A stretch of DNA of 59,169 nucleotides, the filler included, from Jimgerdemannia flammicorona (lineage: Eukaryota): the NCBI GenBank assembly GCA_003990765.1. It is 3 parts of 3 records of this genome, joined end to end, with 100 filler letters (N's around TTAATTAATTAA, not from the genome) between each part and the next. Parts side by side here need not be neighbours in the genome. Positions count along the whole stretch, not along the records: positions 19,760 to 39,416 come from RBNJ01001886.1; positions 39,517 to 59,169 come from RBNJ01001887.1; 1 more part is not named here. One strand, 5' to 3'. Positions 38,891 through 51,356 of this stretch are shown piece after piece. The translations under genes and the position numbers were made by a program. The stretch's first letter is position 1; each line of letters begins with the position of its first letter. The notes under the pieces are model-generated. The model was not told where the DNA came from. It made no database searches and worked only from the letters and a program-made list of their open reading frames with translations.

Positions 38891-39416
38891 GTCCAAAATT
38901 ATGGACTAAAAATCCAGAACTGTTGAGGACTGTAGACAAAATTCCAGGACTATAGACTAAAAAGCCAGAACTATAAACTAAAATACCAGGACTATGGACT
39001 ATAGCTAGAACTAGAGCCAGGACTATTTTATTACTCTTAGAATATATTATAGAATAGTAATTATATCTATATAAAAATGAATATAAAATAAGAAAAAAAA
39101 AACTATAATTACTGTATCTCTAGAATTATACTTCCATATCTCTATGAGGAAAGGAAAGAAATTTATAATAAAGAAAAAAGAACATTGTAATCTTAGAACT
39201 AAAAAAAATGCTCTTATCCAGATAGTACTTCATATCTTTAGAATATCTTTGGCTATTGTAACGTAGCAGACGCTTACTCTTGAAAGTACGTCAGATTTCT
39301 GTATCTTGAAAACTTGACTGTTCTGACTCTCGCAGAGTCTTCTTGAAGTTGCAGGGGAGGGTGGGTGAGTTCGAAGTGTATCTGCCCGCAGGCTTACTAG
39401 TTCCTTTGCTATCTCT

Positions 39417-39516
39417 NNNNNNNNNNNNNNNNNNNNNNNNNNNNNNNNNNNNNNNNNNNNTTAATTAATTAANNNNNNNNNNNNNNNNNNNNNNNNNNNN
39501 NNNNNNNNNNNNNNNN
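39417..39516. other. Assembly gap with TTAATTAATTAA linker
   Basis: 100-bp N block with the same central 12-mer. Confidence 0.98.
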
Positions 39517-39899
39517 AAAAAAAAAAATGGCACCAGGATTATTAAAATCAACTGAAAACTCACTAAGTTATTGAGGAAAACGTCAAGTGGTCTAATTTGG
39601 AAATCAGAATAATGAAATTAAATTGATATTGCATGAAAACATTGTAGAGTTATAAAGAATGTCTGAAACAACAATAGCGAAAATTTGGATATTAATAGCA
39701 TGCAAAATGTATTTATCAAAAAAAAAAAAAAAAGGTCTATATACTAAGAAGGGTCAAAATAGTACCAATAGATAATTTAACCTAAAATGGTTATATTAAT
39801 ATCTATAATTATCTAAATATAATAAAACACATACTATTCAAAAGTTTAAAGACTATTTTATTAATGTTTAAAATTTTGGTTAAATAGAATATAGATTAG

Positions 39900-41280
39900 A
39901 GGTATAATATAATTAAAATATTAATAATAACCAAATAATGATATACTTTGACTATCACTGTATTTGTTAAAGTTTGAATAATTTATGAAAGCATATAATA
40001 GTAACTTCTGTACTTCTCACATAGACCAAAAAATACAAAAAAGCTATTTAATCTTTGATATTTCTCTTTGAGGATATTATGAAGTAATAGTTTTCAGTTT
40101 TGAAAGTTATAACTTCATACTCTCTTAATAAACAAATTGATATCATTCTTACTATATACTTCCTGTATAATTTCATTAATAGCAAAGATGAACTTTCACA
40201 TCTAATAGATTAGGAGATTATAGAGTTAGAGGAGGATACTACTGCTTGAGAGCATATGTGACAGAAGGTGAACTATATTGGTAATGTGAATTTTATCTCA
40301 ATGACTAATAAGCAGTGAGTGGACCAACTTTGAGATAAAATAGCAAATGATATATAGATTGATTACTAGTAGTACTAGTATATATATATATCATAGAAGA
40401 TAAATTCTTTATCACATAAATTGAATTATTAAAATATTACTCATTATTATAATTACTTATTATTATTTTTAAGAAAAATCATTCTATAAATACTCATAAT
40501 TTCATTGTTAGACTTCTTTACATTTGAGCTTCACTTTGCTCATTTAATTTGTATTGATGAAGATACTTTGCAAAATTATGTTATCTTTTACTCTGACTCC
40601 AACATCAGCTCAGATAGATTGAGTACTTTATCTTTTATAAAATGTACTTACTTTCTATCTGAGATATGATCTGTGATATATACTCTAAAGATATTAAAGG
40701 TGGTGGCAGATGTAGAGAGAGTGCTGTATTTATCTTAATTTCAAAGTATAAGGCAATATAGTCTATTATCACTGCTAGCTGGAAAGTACTATTTATCTAT
40801 TGACTGTTTCTCACTTATCTCATATCTGTTTTCTTTATCAAGAATAACAAATGAGTTATAAAGGTGAAAGCTATAAAGAAAACTTTGATTCTAATAAATA
40901 CTAGAAGGGCTAGATATTGAATTGCATGATGGCACATATAAGGTATCAGAGACAAAGCAACTAGCTGACAGAAGAACAAAGCCACTAGATGTAGAGTAAC
41001 TGTATGATAGAGAAATATAGCTTCTACAGCTGTCATCTTTATTACTATTGACATCTTCTATACTATAACAGTTATTGTCCTCTGCTATACCACCAGTCTC
41101 ATCATCCTCACCCATATTACCACAGCCATTATCTTCTCCCATACTGCTGCAGCCATTATTGTCATCATCACTATCATCTTCACTGGGCAGCTACATGCCT
41201 GTATATGCATGGTGGCTCATTGATAATTGACTGTCAAATATAGCTTTGCATTCTGGTTGATTTGTAATAGCATATATTTT
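39900..41280. mobile_element. PIF/Harbinger-like remnant: transposase C-terminus on + (~39900-40370) and a convergent acidic ORF remnant on - (~40480-41280)
   Basis: KLFNL*YFSLR, KQIDIILTIYFLYNFI and *DKIANDI*IDY resemble the Harbinger DDE_Tnp_4 C-terminus (FN..HS.LR, LHNF, R..IA..MW.DY). A two-gene convergent layout is typical of Harbinger. Confidence 0.5.
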
Positions 41281-42265
41281 GTAAGACGTGACCTTAGGAC
41301 GTGTTATAAGATACCACTGTTATACGTTCTCTAGTGCGGTGGGTATCTGGTAGACTTTATCTCAACTAAATCCAGAGTTGTCTACGAAACATTTACAAAT
41401 TGAAGGGAGCCGCAGGCGGCGATGACTTCTGCGAGAGTGATGCCGAGATTTGACCGCACCCCGTGAGGACCAGATACTCGAGGGTGTCGGCGAGACGTGG
41501 AAAGTAATTATGGGTGAGCTATTGAGGCACTCACATCTATTGAATTCGATAACTTTGAGAAAACAGCATGTGTCCCAGGAGAGCGCTCGATATGCGATGA
41601 AAGAATACTTGATCGCGGGACAGAGGAAGGCTCCAAAAGTTCGGGAGGAGCTTGGTGATTTCACAGTACTCAACCACATTAATCTCCGAGACGTCGGTGA
41701 GGTATAAGTGGTTCAACTCCGACCAGAATTTGATGGCGGTTATGGACGCTCCGTCTTTGATTGCAAGTGCAGCCGTTGAGGGATAGTTCAGTGCGGCGTG
41801 GCAAATGAGAGCTCATGGTCAAGAGGATGAGGTTTTTGAATACTTTGAGTGGCACAAGACTCGGCAAGGTGGCGGAAGGTGTTTTCGGCGTTTGAGCCTC
41901 TGTAGAGGCGGGAAAGGAAGGGTTGACCGGGAAGTGCTGGCGCAGAGTTTATCACTGCGAATTTTGCCGAAGCATATGTGAACAGCAAGTGTGTTGTGGG
42001 ATTGCACCATGATTTCTCGACCAGAGCCAAGTTCCATATGTTGCGGGCATAGCCGTGATCGATCTTAACGAAGCCCAGCATGATTGCGGCAACCTCCTCA
42101 GGAAAGTGTACGTCTCGGGAAGGGAATTGGTACTGTCGGCGTGCTACCTGTGTTTGTTGCCCTTATCCTTGTTAGACTTTGTCCAGGGTTAGTTGATAAT
42201 CGACATAGAGAAAAAAAGACAACTTCCACTTCAAGCTCTGGAAGGGTGGAAGACGGATCGATGCA

Positions 42266-42370
42266 TGCAGTCATGCAACCTTTAACAATGTAATACATAC
42301 TGCAGTCATGCAACCCTTAACAATGTAATACATACTGCAGTCATGCAACCCTTAACAATGTAATACATAC
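42266..42370. repeat. 3 x 35-bp tandem repeat
   Basis: TGCAGTCATGCAACC(T/C)TTAACAATGTAATACATAC x3. Confidence 0.95.
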
Positions 42371-43627
42371 TACACAACTAGACGTTGCTCCCCGTAAGTC
42401 ATGCAAGGAGGTTCCTCCTTCCTTTGGTCGGACCTGCATCTCAGAAATCAGAGCTCAATGGAAAATGCTTTCATTTAGCAAAGGCCTGGAAAATATGCGG
42501 CTCATTATCAATCAGGAATTGCACAGAGCCCTTTAGAAATTCCTCCTTGAAAGAGGCTGCAATGTCCACGGGAATGTGGTAGGTCTTTGGAGCGGAATTG
42601 GCGTCGTCCTTGCGCTTGGCGTCATCCTTGCGCTTCGGGGTCCTGCACCACTTATTGTACACGCGCGGAAATACGTTAGTGATTCCCGATATGTCGGTGA
42701 GAAGGGACGTTTTGGACGAGTGGTAAAGGGAGTTCCGGAAACGGTAAACGAAGTAGTTGAATATATGCCTAAGCAGTCGACCAAAAAGCTCACGTAATTT
42801 GAAAATCTCCTGTTTATCTGGCTGAAGATGGTCTGCGGCAGGATCCCGAACATAGGGGGAATGGGCGGGGTGACTTCGGGCCTACTATCTGAGGTGCGGG
42901 TGCCGGAGAGGTGGCCAATGAGTGATGAGCGAGAGACGTTGACAAAACGAAGGGAGCCACAGGCGGCTATGGTCAAGGTCATTGATTTCCGAGCACCCTG
43001 TAATGACGAGACACTTGAAGGTTTCAATGAGAATTTGCAGATAGCCGAACGGTGGAGGTGCTCCAAGTTGTTGAATTCGATTAACTTATGAAACTAGCTT
43101 ATATTATATTGATCGCGCATAAGAACCGTCTGATATGCGGTCGTAGGACTTGTGGATATGGAGGGACAGGCGACGGCTGTAAATTTTTACGAGGAGCTTG
43201 CTAATTCGAGCACAGTGAGGACGAACCCCTCCCAATCCGCCTTGATTGTGAGGCCAGGGTTAAAGCGCTCGATCTCCTTCATGCTGTACTTCTCCATTTT
43301 CCTCATTAAGCCGTACATGTCCATATTCTGCGTCACATCCCGGTGCATTTCTTGAAATGTCCGTCGTGCACGTGGGTCCCAAGAACGTTGGCGAAGAAGC
43401 AAAACTCCGCTAAGGATATACCCGAGCAGTCAGACTTGGTGGACTGTTTGACCTGCGTGGAGCGACCTCGTGGCTACCGTCAGAGGCACTTGTGCCGGAG
43501 AGGTGGCGGAGGGCCTTGTTGAACGAGGAGTGAGAGACGTTGACAAAACGAAGTGAGTGACAAGCAGCGATGACCTCGGCAAGAGTGATGCCAGATACAC
43601 ATGCACCCCGTGAATATAAGACACTCG

Positions 43628-43715
43628 AAAGCGTTGGCGAGAGTATTGGCGAGAGTATTGGCGAGAGTGCTGGCAAGAGTGTTGGCATGAGTGTTGGAGA
43701 GAGTGTTGGCGAGAC
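43628..43715. repeat. 12-bp tandem repeat (~7 copies, GAGAGTGTTGGC)
   Basis: Reads as TLAN/TLSP repeats on the minus strand, inside the pseudogene. Confidence 0.9.
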
Positions 43716-46700
43716 TTCTAAAGCAGTTGAGGGAGGGTACGTTGGAGAGGCGCGTGCAGTTGTTGAGCTCAATAACCTTGAGAAACTGGATCATGTTATC
43801 ATCGCACGCAGGAGACCGTTGGATATGTGGTCGCCGAACATAGGGTTGTGAGGGTCGTAGAATGATTGATTGCTGAACTGGCGGGAGAGGCAAAGGCTCC
43901 GAAGTTTCGGGAGGAGCTCGATAAGTGTTGGCGAGAGTGTTGTGGAGATTTCTAAAGCAGTTGAAAACTGGTACGTTGGAGAGGCGCGTGCAATTGTTGA
44001 GCTCAATGACCTCTCGTGTTACTGATCGCATGCAGGAGACCGTTGAACATGTGGTCATAGAACATGGGTTTGAGGGGGGTCGTTAAACTGAACTGGCGGG
44101 ACAGGCGAAGGCTCCGAAGGTTCGAGAGGTGCCTGATAATTTCGCAGTACAGTTGAAGGAGGTAGAAAAAAACTAATAGTTTTTGAGTGCTCCAGAGCCT
44201 GCCCACATTGAAGAGGAATGGCGACAAGTCAAATGAAGCCCACATCGTCGAAGAAAATGCTCTAATTATACTCACTCATCATCAATTGGAAGAACGCCAG
44301 CATAACGAAGCCACACGCCTGAAAATGTTCACCTGGAAATAATCCGCATCAACGAAGAGCACAATTGCCAAGCTGCAAACATTGAACACCATCGCATCGG
44401 CACCTCACAGACATAGGCGAGCGGCCAGGACGATGGACTCCGCGAATTCATCAAGGACGAATCCCTCGCAACCCACCTTAATTGTGAGGCCAGGGCTTAA
44501 TCGCTGAATGTCCGTAATACGCTACTTGGCGCTGATTCTTCCTCATTCCGCGTATGTACTTAGTACATTTTGTTGTGCACGCGGGACCCAAGCACGTTGG
44601 CAAAGAGGCCGAACTGTGATAAAGATATATCCGAGCAATCCGACATGCCGAGCTATGTTCAAATATAGGTTTCGCCGGAATTGTCTCGTGCCGCCTTGCA
44701 CATCCACCGATGGGTAATGTCGCTATCGAACGGCATATACATTGTTGCTGGGTCCTGGCCGTCTTATCGGCAGGATATTCATGCACGAGGAAGCAACCAA
44801 CCCACCAGGCCGAGAATAAGAAATTAATAGGGATAAAGGCTTCGGACAACGTGTCCACTGGTCGGGTGCCATACTGAACACCTCGGTAGCAGCTCACGCC
44901 ACTTACCAAGACAACAAGGGAAATTTGGCGAGCCGTGAAACATTCAACCTGATAAAACAGAAGGTCGAACACTTGTTTGAGTGCATCAATGAATATAATC
45001 GGGGGAAAGGAAATATAAATAATTACCCATAACTTCACATCACCACACCCTGCGTCTGCTTGTACAGGAATGTTACTGTTTGAGAGCCTTCCAGACATAA
45101 TTTATGTAAGTTCATGTGAATAGAATGGGATGCATATATGACGGTGGTTTTGTCACAAACTTTTTTTCCAACAAAGCATCCGTGTTTTATACCATCAGTC
45201 TCAGAATCGAGGAACCCCATATGGCAATTGATCGTCGATTCCGGAAACTCATTCGCCAGCTTTGCCAGAGAGGGGTAATGTGTCACAAAGAGCGTGATGG
45301 ATTTGATCTATGGATGGAGGAGACAACACAAATAAGACGATGAGCAGTCAATCTACACAGCTCTATCCCTCCACCTTTGCCAAGTCTCCGTCCTTTCAAG
45401 GCCTTACCTGTGTGATGAAATGCTTGAGCAGAGCATACGTGATTGCTAAACTGCCGTGCATACTCGTCCCGTGCCCGAGCTCGCCCAGGATCACGAGCGA
45501 CCATTGCGTTGACTGCTTTATGGTGTCCCGAGGTCTTGTGCAGTTCAAGCATGAAAGTGCTTCACCTGTGAGCATGTTGAGCAGCGCGACCTGCTGAATG
45601 TAAGAGCTTTTACCAAAAACATTCACATATTAATACACTATTCTATCTAATTCACTAATATTTACCACCCATAAAATTCGTCCATCTCCAAATGGATCTT
45701 CTCCCTTACAACTGAAGGAAGTGAATCACGCATCTGTAGTAAACAAAAAGCCAATTTTTGGGATTGCAAACTCGGGAACAGCCTTAGAGGGAGCGCCAAC
45801 ACCTTTGCCTTGATAAAGGACACCGGGCAGAAAGGCATTATCATTATCGACGAGAATGATGCGCTGACTATCTATTCTGAAGATAAAGTTGTTTTCCTTG
45901 CTGACTTCAGGATTATGCAGCATAGAAGCGACTATCACCCGACCTGTGAACACTGGATCCACGTGAGAAAAGATATCGTCGTTGTCCCAGATTGTATGAA
46001 GGAGATTTCTTCTAACGGCTTGGCTTACAAGAACAGGATAGGAGCCTTTCTTGGGGCCATGAAACAGGGAGGGCTCGCAAAATGGAATGTCTTGGAGGTT
46101 CCAACCACGCACAATGCTGGTGACGGCATATCCATAACCTGGACGTTCTGGATAGTCTCTGAAGTAGAACTTGGGGGTATCTTGTGGATAAAAGGTAACG
46201 ACGCTACGTCCTGTGAGCATTGTGTCAGCTTGAAATTGTCCTCGATCATTCAGTAGGCACCTACTGAGGTTCGGACTAGGTGGCACTCCCCAAGAAATGC
46301 ACCTTTCACGTTCAAAAACCGTACGCCCTCTAGAGCAGGTCCACACGGCAAGGCTTGGGCTATGGTGAAGCGCCATGCGAGTTCGGGATTGTGCGGCAGG
46401 AAGCGGTCAAACATCCGGGCTGATGCCGGTGAGATATTGTCACAATATTGGAATGGATGGGTTTGCAGGTGCTGTTGGGCATTCTCCCAGAGGTTGACAG
46501 AGAGTTCGGTGTTTTTGAGGTAGAGAAATCCCTCGCTTTGCAAGAGGTAGAGGTCTTGAAACAGGCGGTCAAAAGCAAAAATACCAACAGGAAATTGCTG
46601 CGCATTATTGTCCAAGACTTCATCAACCATGGGAAACGTGTCAAATGTGAGTGAGGGCAGAAATATTTCTTTGAATCGAGCTGGGTCTTCGTTCCGCTCT

Positions 46701-49700
46701 TGAGAGATGATCGATTCTAACCTCTGTTTCACGGTAGTACCATCGGAGAGATCCAAACTTTCATTAAGAAGAAATACAATCTTCAAATCACCATGATACA
46801 GATGGCGGACTGCCTTCACAGGAGATGGCGATTCCTTTCGGTGTGCGGTATAATAGTGGTCAAGTAACGAATCGATGGCGTTGAAGAGATCTCGGGGGAG
46901 TGGTACCGGGATTTCCAACACTCACTTAAGCTTCTTGAGTGCCCCGCCCAGTGTCTGGGGCATTTCGCCGGGCAAGCCTAAATCTGTCCAGAGGTCATCC
47001 ATTTCGTTTGTGGCCAAAGGCGGGCGACCATGAATTAAGGTGGAAAGCAGAGACTTTTTAACTATCAAGGTATTGGCCCAGGCCAAGAGGACTGCTTCCG
47101 GCACTAGATTTTTGAGTTTTTTAAGGAATGGCGTGGTCCATCAAGGGTAAGAGATAGAAGAGGGATTTGTTGATGACACGGTCATGCTGAATGCCAGGCG
47201 CGAACATTTCCTCGTCGTCAAGGCTGACCAGCCTACTTGTGGAGGTTTGATAGATGAAGTTGTCAAGTTTGCCGTCGGATGGTTGTGCCACGCATATAGA
47301 TCGGCATCTAGAGCGGCCAAGATGTTTTCCTCCTCGTCCTCCATCTGCAAGATCTCTTCAGCTGTCTGGCCGGGAATCGCTTGAGAGGCAAGCAGTATAT
47401 AAGGACTTTTATTTTCGACATCGAACGCCGCAACGATAACGACTAGGCTGGTGGTGGGATGGGAATATCCAGCAACTGATAGAGGCTGTGGGAGAGAGTA
47501 TCGTTCCCAGGCCGTAAAGGGGGAAGATCATTTGCTTTGAAATATATTTTCGCAGCCTGTCGACCACCTTTCGGTAGAAAGCTGACAGAATGATTTCCGG
47601 TATATGGCATATGTGATCGGCGATTTCTTGAGTCATCTTGTAAAATTGCCAGCGCGAAAAGGCCTCTCCCATCATCATGGTTTTAGGAGCGAGAAGCTCA
47701 CGAAAAAGAAAGTACCGGCAATATTTTTGCTTGGCGTCTGCGGTACTGAAATCCTGCATCGCTTAGATGACGCGCCGCTTGTAGTTTTCATAAAAGGTTT
47801 TGGTCTGCTCCAGAGCCAGGAGCCAGGTGATTTGGATCACGGCATAGTTCTTGAGGGTTTGTTGAGGTCGGCGATATACTGATTCAACTTGTGGAACTCT
47901 TGGCCTTCTCGACTTTCATGGACTCATCAATCCAGCCCAGCAACTCACCATCCATTCGAACCTGATGCCAGAGGGTTTCGAAGAGAGTACAATGAACCTG
48001 GCGGGGAACATCAGGTTCGACTTGGGTGATGTCGAGGATTTTGAGGGTGAAGGCGTTGGGATTGGGGGCAGCGGACTCTGAAGATAAAAAACAAAATAAG
48101 TGGGCCTGATCTTCAGGCGCGATGTGCCGTCGTTGGGCACGAGGCTCTCGATCCTGGGAGATTCGCTCTTCATTATTCATTGTGTGCTGTGCTCAGAGGT
48201 AGCAGGGGCAAACGAAATGTCCTATTTCGGTCACTTTGTCCTCTGAAAATATTAGATTTCATCAAAAATCCGTTGTCTGTGTCTGCGGCCGTGATTGGGG
48301 ACTTAAAAGTTCGTTGGACTGATCTCACCAGAAACATTTGAGCAACCTTGGGGTGCTTCCACGTGGGAAACCCGCCGAAGACCACGAGTCTGCGGTTGTC
48401 TCAGCCTCAACATCTTCGTCCGCTACACCCATTGAGACCGAGGGAAGATAGAGGTAAGTTCAACGCGTTTTTTTGACAAGCGAGGAGAAGGGACAGGGAG
48501 GGGTGGGCCGGGAAGAATATGTGAGTCTAGATTCCTGGCAAGGGCCACACAACTTTCGCCCGCAAATGGCGAACCGTGGATAAAGGCTGCGAGTGGTAGA
48601 TAGGTGGAACCGTTTACTATTATTTTGGGGGTTAACGGAGTGGGACAGCGAGGAAGAATGTAGTGAATCAGTAGAGGTGGATAGAGTCGGCCCGGCACCT
48701 TGCGCATATCGCAAAACCATATTAACATCCCACTTTGTACTCTCCATCCCCCGACTCTACAGAACCATGGGCTGGTTCCATCTCGAACAATGCTGTCCTT
48801 TCTATCATCCTGAATTTTAACATACGCGGTCGCGTGTGGGCATGGGAGTTGTACGGGGTTGGGCGGTCGCAGGGTATGGCGTTGTACCGGGTTGGGCGGT
48901 CGCGGGGTATGGCAGACTACTGCAGTAAAGAGATCGCCGATGGAGGAGTAGGACAGAGTTTGGTGAAGGTGACGATGTAGTTAGGGAAAGGCAATTGTGG
49001 GCAGGAATATTGTTTCATTGTATGTTCGTCTTTTTTTTTTTTTTTTTAAATAAAAATTGATGAGTTCCGCAACTGCACAACCAAACCTATTTTGTCTCAT
49101 TGTTCCGCCAGCTGAACGCATTACGCGCAAAAAATACTTCCACTCACCAGATCATTTTCACAAACGTCCGCGCCATCTCAACTGCAACGGGCATCTACAT
49201 CCTCATATTGGCCTATCATCTCGTTGTTCAGAACATCGCTTACTCTGCTATCAAGATTACCACGACCTCATACACTTAAACTTAGCCAATACACAACTCC
49301 GTGGCGACAACCTAATTTTCGTTCGTGACGGCAAACACGACTCGATAAATAAAGCCGATAGAGGGCGCCACGGCATGACACTATAAAGAGGCAATTGTGT
49401 TGAAATCCCATTTCTATGTGCAACTCGATATAAATTGTGGCGCCATCAATCAGACGCGTAAGGCGCGCGACTTGGATGATCAATAAACATCTCTCTTCCC
49501 TCCTCCCTTTCTTCGTGTTTCCCCAAGTATACAACAAATTGGCATATTACAAATCATTTATTCAAAATGACGTCCAAAAATACACTGTGAGTAGAAAAAC
49601 AAAAACAAAATCCTATAACAGACCTTTCATCATCAACGCTCGAAACAAGTTTCTAGGTACAATGACATTTACTCGTCGAACACTGTAAATAATCCAACTT

Positions 49701-49934
49701 TAATTGCGTAATGTGAAGTTGTTGAACCTTGTGATGAAACTATCCTATCGACAGAGTCGATGATCGGCGGTTAGCAGGGAAGAAGGATAATAAAGATTAA
49801 GACAAAAATTTCAGTACAGTTATCGAGAAGGGGAAGGAAATAATAATACTGTGAATCCCGCACAAAGCGAAAATCGCCACAGTACACCCTAACCACACAG
49901 TTTACACCATCAACTCCCGAGCCGCCACACCAGT

Positions 49935-50440
49935 TGGCAAGGCATGAGCCTGAGCTAGAATCTGGTCTTGGAGTGCTGAGATATAGCAGTGGCTTCCAGT
50001 TGAAGTTCTGGGTAGTGTGGTAGTATATCTTGAGGAGAAATATCATGTTGAACTTCTAATAAGCACATTTGGTAGAAGGAGAGAGTTTTGAGTCTGAGGA
50101 TTGTTGTGATGTAGGACAGAAGGGGGGAATTATACAGATGTCCAAATATTGACTGAGTGAGTGTTAGATACTTGATAACTTCTGAGTAATAGTTGGGGAT
50201 CATCTGGGGGTGAGGCAGTAGGATGGGATAACTTGAGGGAGCAGTTGGTAGAGTATATTAGTAATGAGTGGCTCACTGTTGGGTGAGTGCTGGTGATATA
50301 GATAGGGTTGGCTAGATACTAGCTATACATATGTATTTAAGGATGAGAGGCAGATGGCCATAGGGGAAAAGATGATAAGGTAGAAGAAATTGATGGTTGA
50401 TATTATATCAGACTGGTAGAGAAGGTAGAGCCCTCAAGGA
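49935..50440 (+). mobile_element. LINE ORF2 3' fragment related to the adjacent LINE, inverted relative to it
   Basis: Reverse complement is similar to ~51570-52070 (e.g. ATAGATAGGGTTGGCTAGA, GTGGCTCACT, AGTTCTGG, TCATG). Confidence 0.7.
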
Positions 50441-50479
50441 GGTCACTGTATAGTCTGACTTTGAGTTCATACTCAACTA

Positions 50480-51340
50480 AGTCTGCTTATTTAGAGGAGA
50501 GAAAATATAACTAAATAGTTACAATTATCCAGATACTGAGCTTATAAAGAAGTTTATCTAGATATAAATAGATATTTTATATATTTTAGATAAAGCCTCT
50601 CTTCTATATTTTTTAAATAATATACTTAACTATATGTATATTTGACTATATACTAAATGCAATTTTCTGATACAGACTACTATACTACTAAATTATCTTT
50701 GGTAATTATTACAATTTGTTAACCTTCTGATAGAGTTAGTCAATTATATACTATCAAACTTATAACTGCTAACTTAAATTAGAAGTGTGATTAGATTATA
50801 AATTAGATATAAATGATTAATATATATTTACTTATTTAGCTAATTACAGAGATGATAAGATTTTGCAAATTAAGTAAGTATGAACTAATAGAGAGATTTA
50901 GTTAAAAAATACTTCATATTCTGATCAAGCTTTGATCTGTTTACTTAACTCTATTATAAAGATGATAAAATTATTCTAGTGAGTAATAATATTAAAATAT
51001 ATTATCTATATTGAAGGGCTCAAAAATATATATAAGCTACTGATGATAAATGACATATAATATATATAGGTAATAAGTCATATAATGAGAGTAAACTACT
51101 AAAAGTCATAATCTATATACTTAGAGTACTTATGATAAGTACTATCATAGTTGTGAAACAATTTATATTGATGACTTCTTATCTATAATACTATAAGTAG
51201 GTTATATATATATAGTAATAAAAATCTACTATTCCATAATAATATCTAATAGGTCTAATATTATATAATTGTCTGATCCTATATCTAGACTATTCAAATA
51301 GCTAAATATCAAATGGGATAATTTGACCAGTGATACAAAC
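50480..51340 (-). mobile_element. Highly eroded remnant, possibly LINE endonuclease/RT
   Basis: Residual LDIGSDN (SDH-like) and DKLLYKL motifs. Very AT-rich. Confidence 0.3.
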
Positions 51341-51356
51341 AACAATCTACTTAAAG

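Larger units (their letters stand above)
41360..48180 (-). pseudogene. Long disrupted gene: two tandem atypical (PI3/4-kinase-like) domains followed by repeated LRR-like modules
   Basis: Adjacent minus-strand frames join across stops and frameshifts with no evident introns over 48180-45660. Repeated motif PYILLASQAIPG / YPVLVSQAV; NPEVSKENN and ILVDNDNAF in kinase catalytic-loop positions; LKVIELNNC..L-type LRR segments recur at ~41540, 43075, 43770 and 44000. Family assignment is from motif recall. Confidence 0.55.

Noticed and set aside
38890..39416. 5' LTR of the dUTPase gypsy element
   Set aside because: No similarity to the 3' LTR. It consists of ~22-bp degenerate repeats and an unrelated TGTAAC-starting segment cut by the gap.
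48190..49760. Short ORFs and a 2 x ~32-bp repeat (~48849-48912) upstream of the pseudogene
   Set aside because: No recognisable domains or consistent exon chain could be supported.
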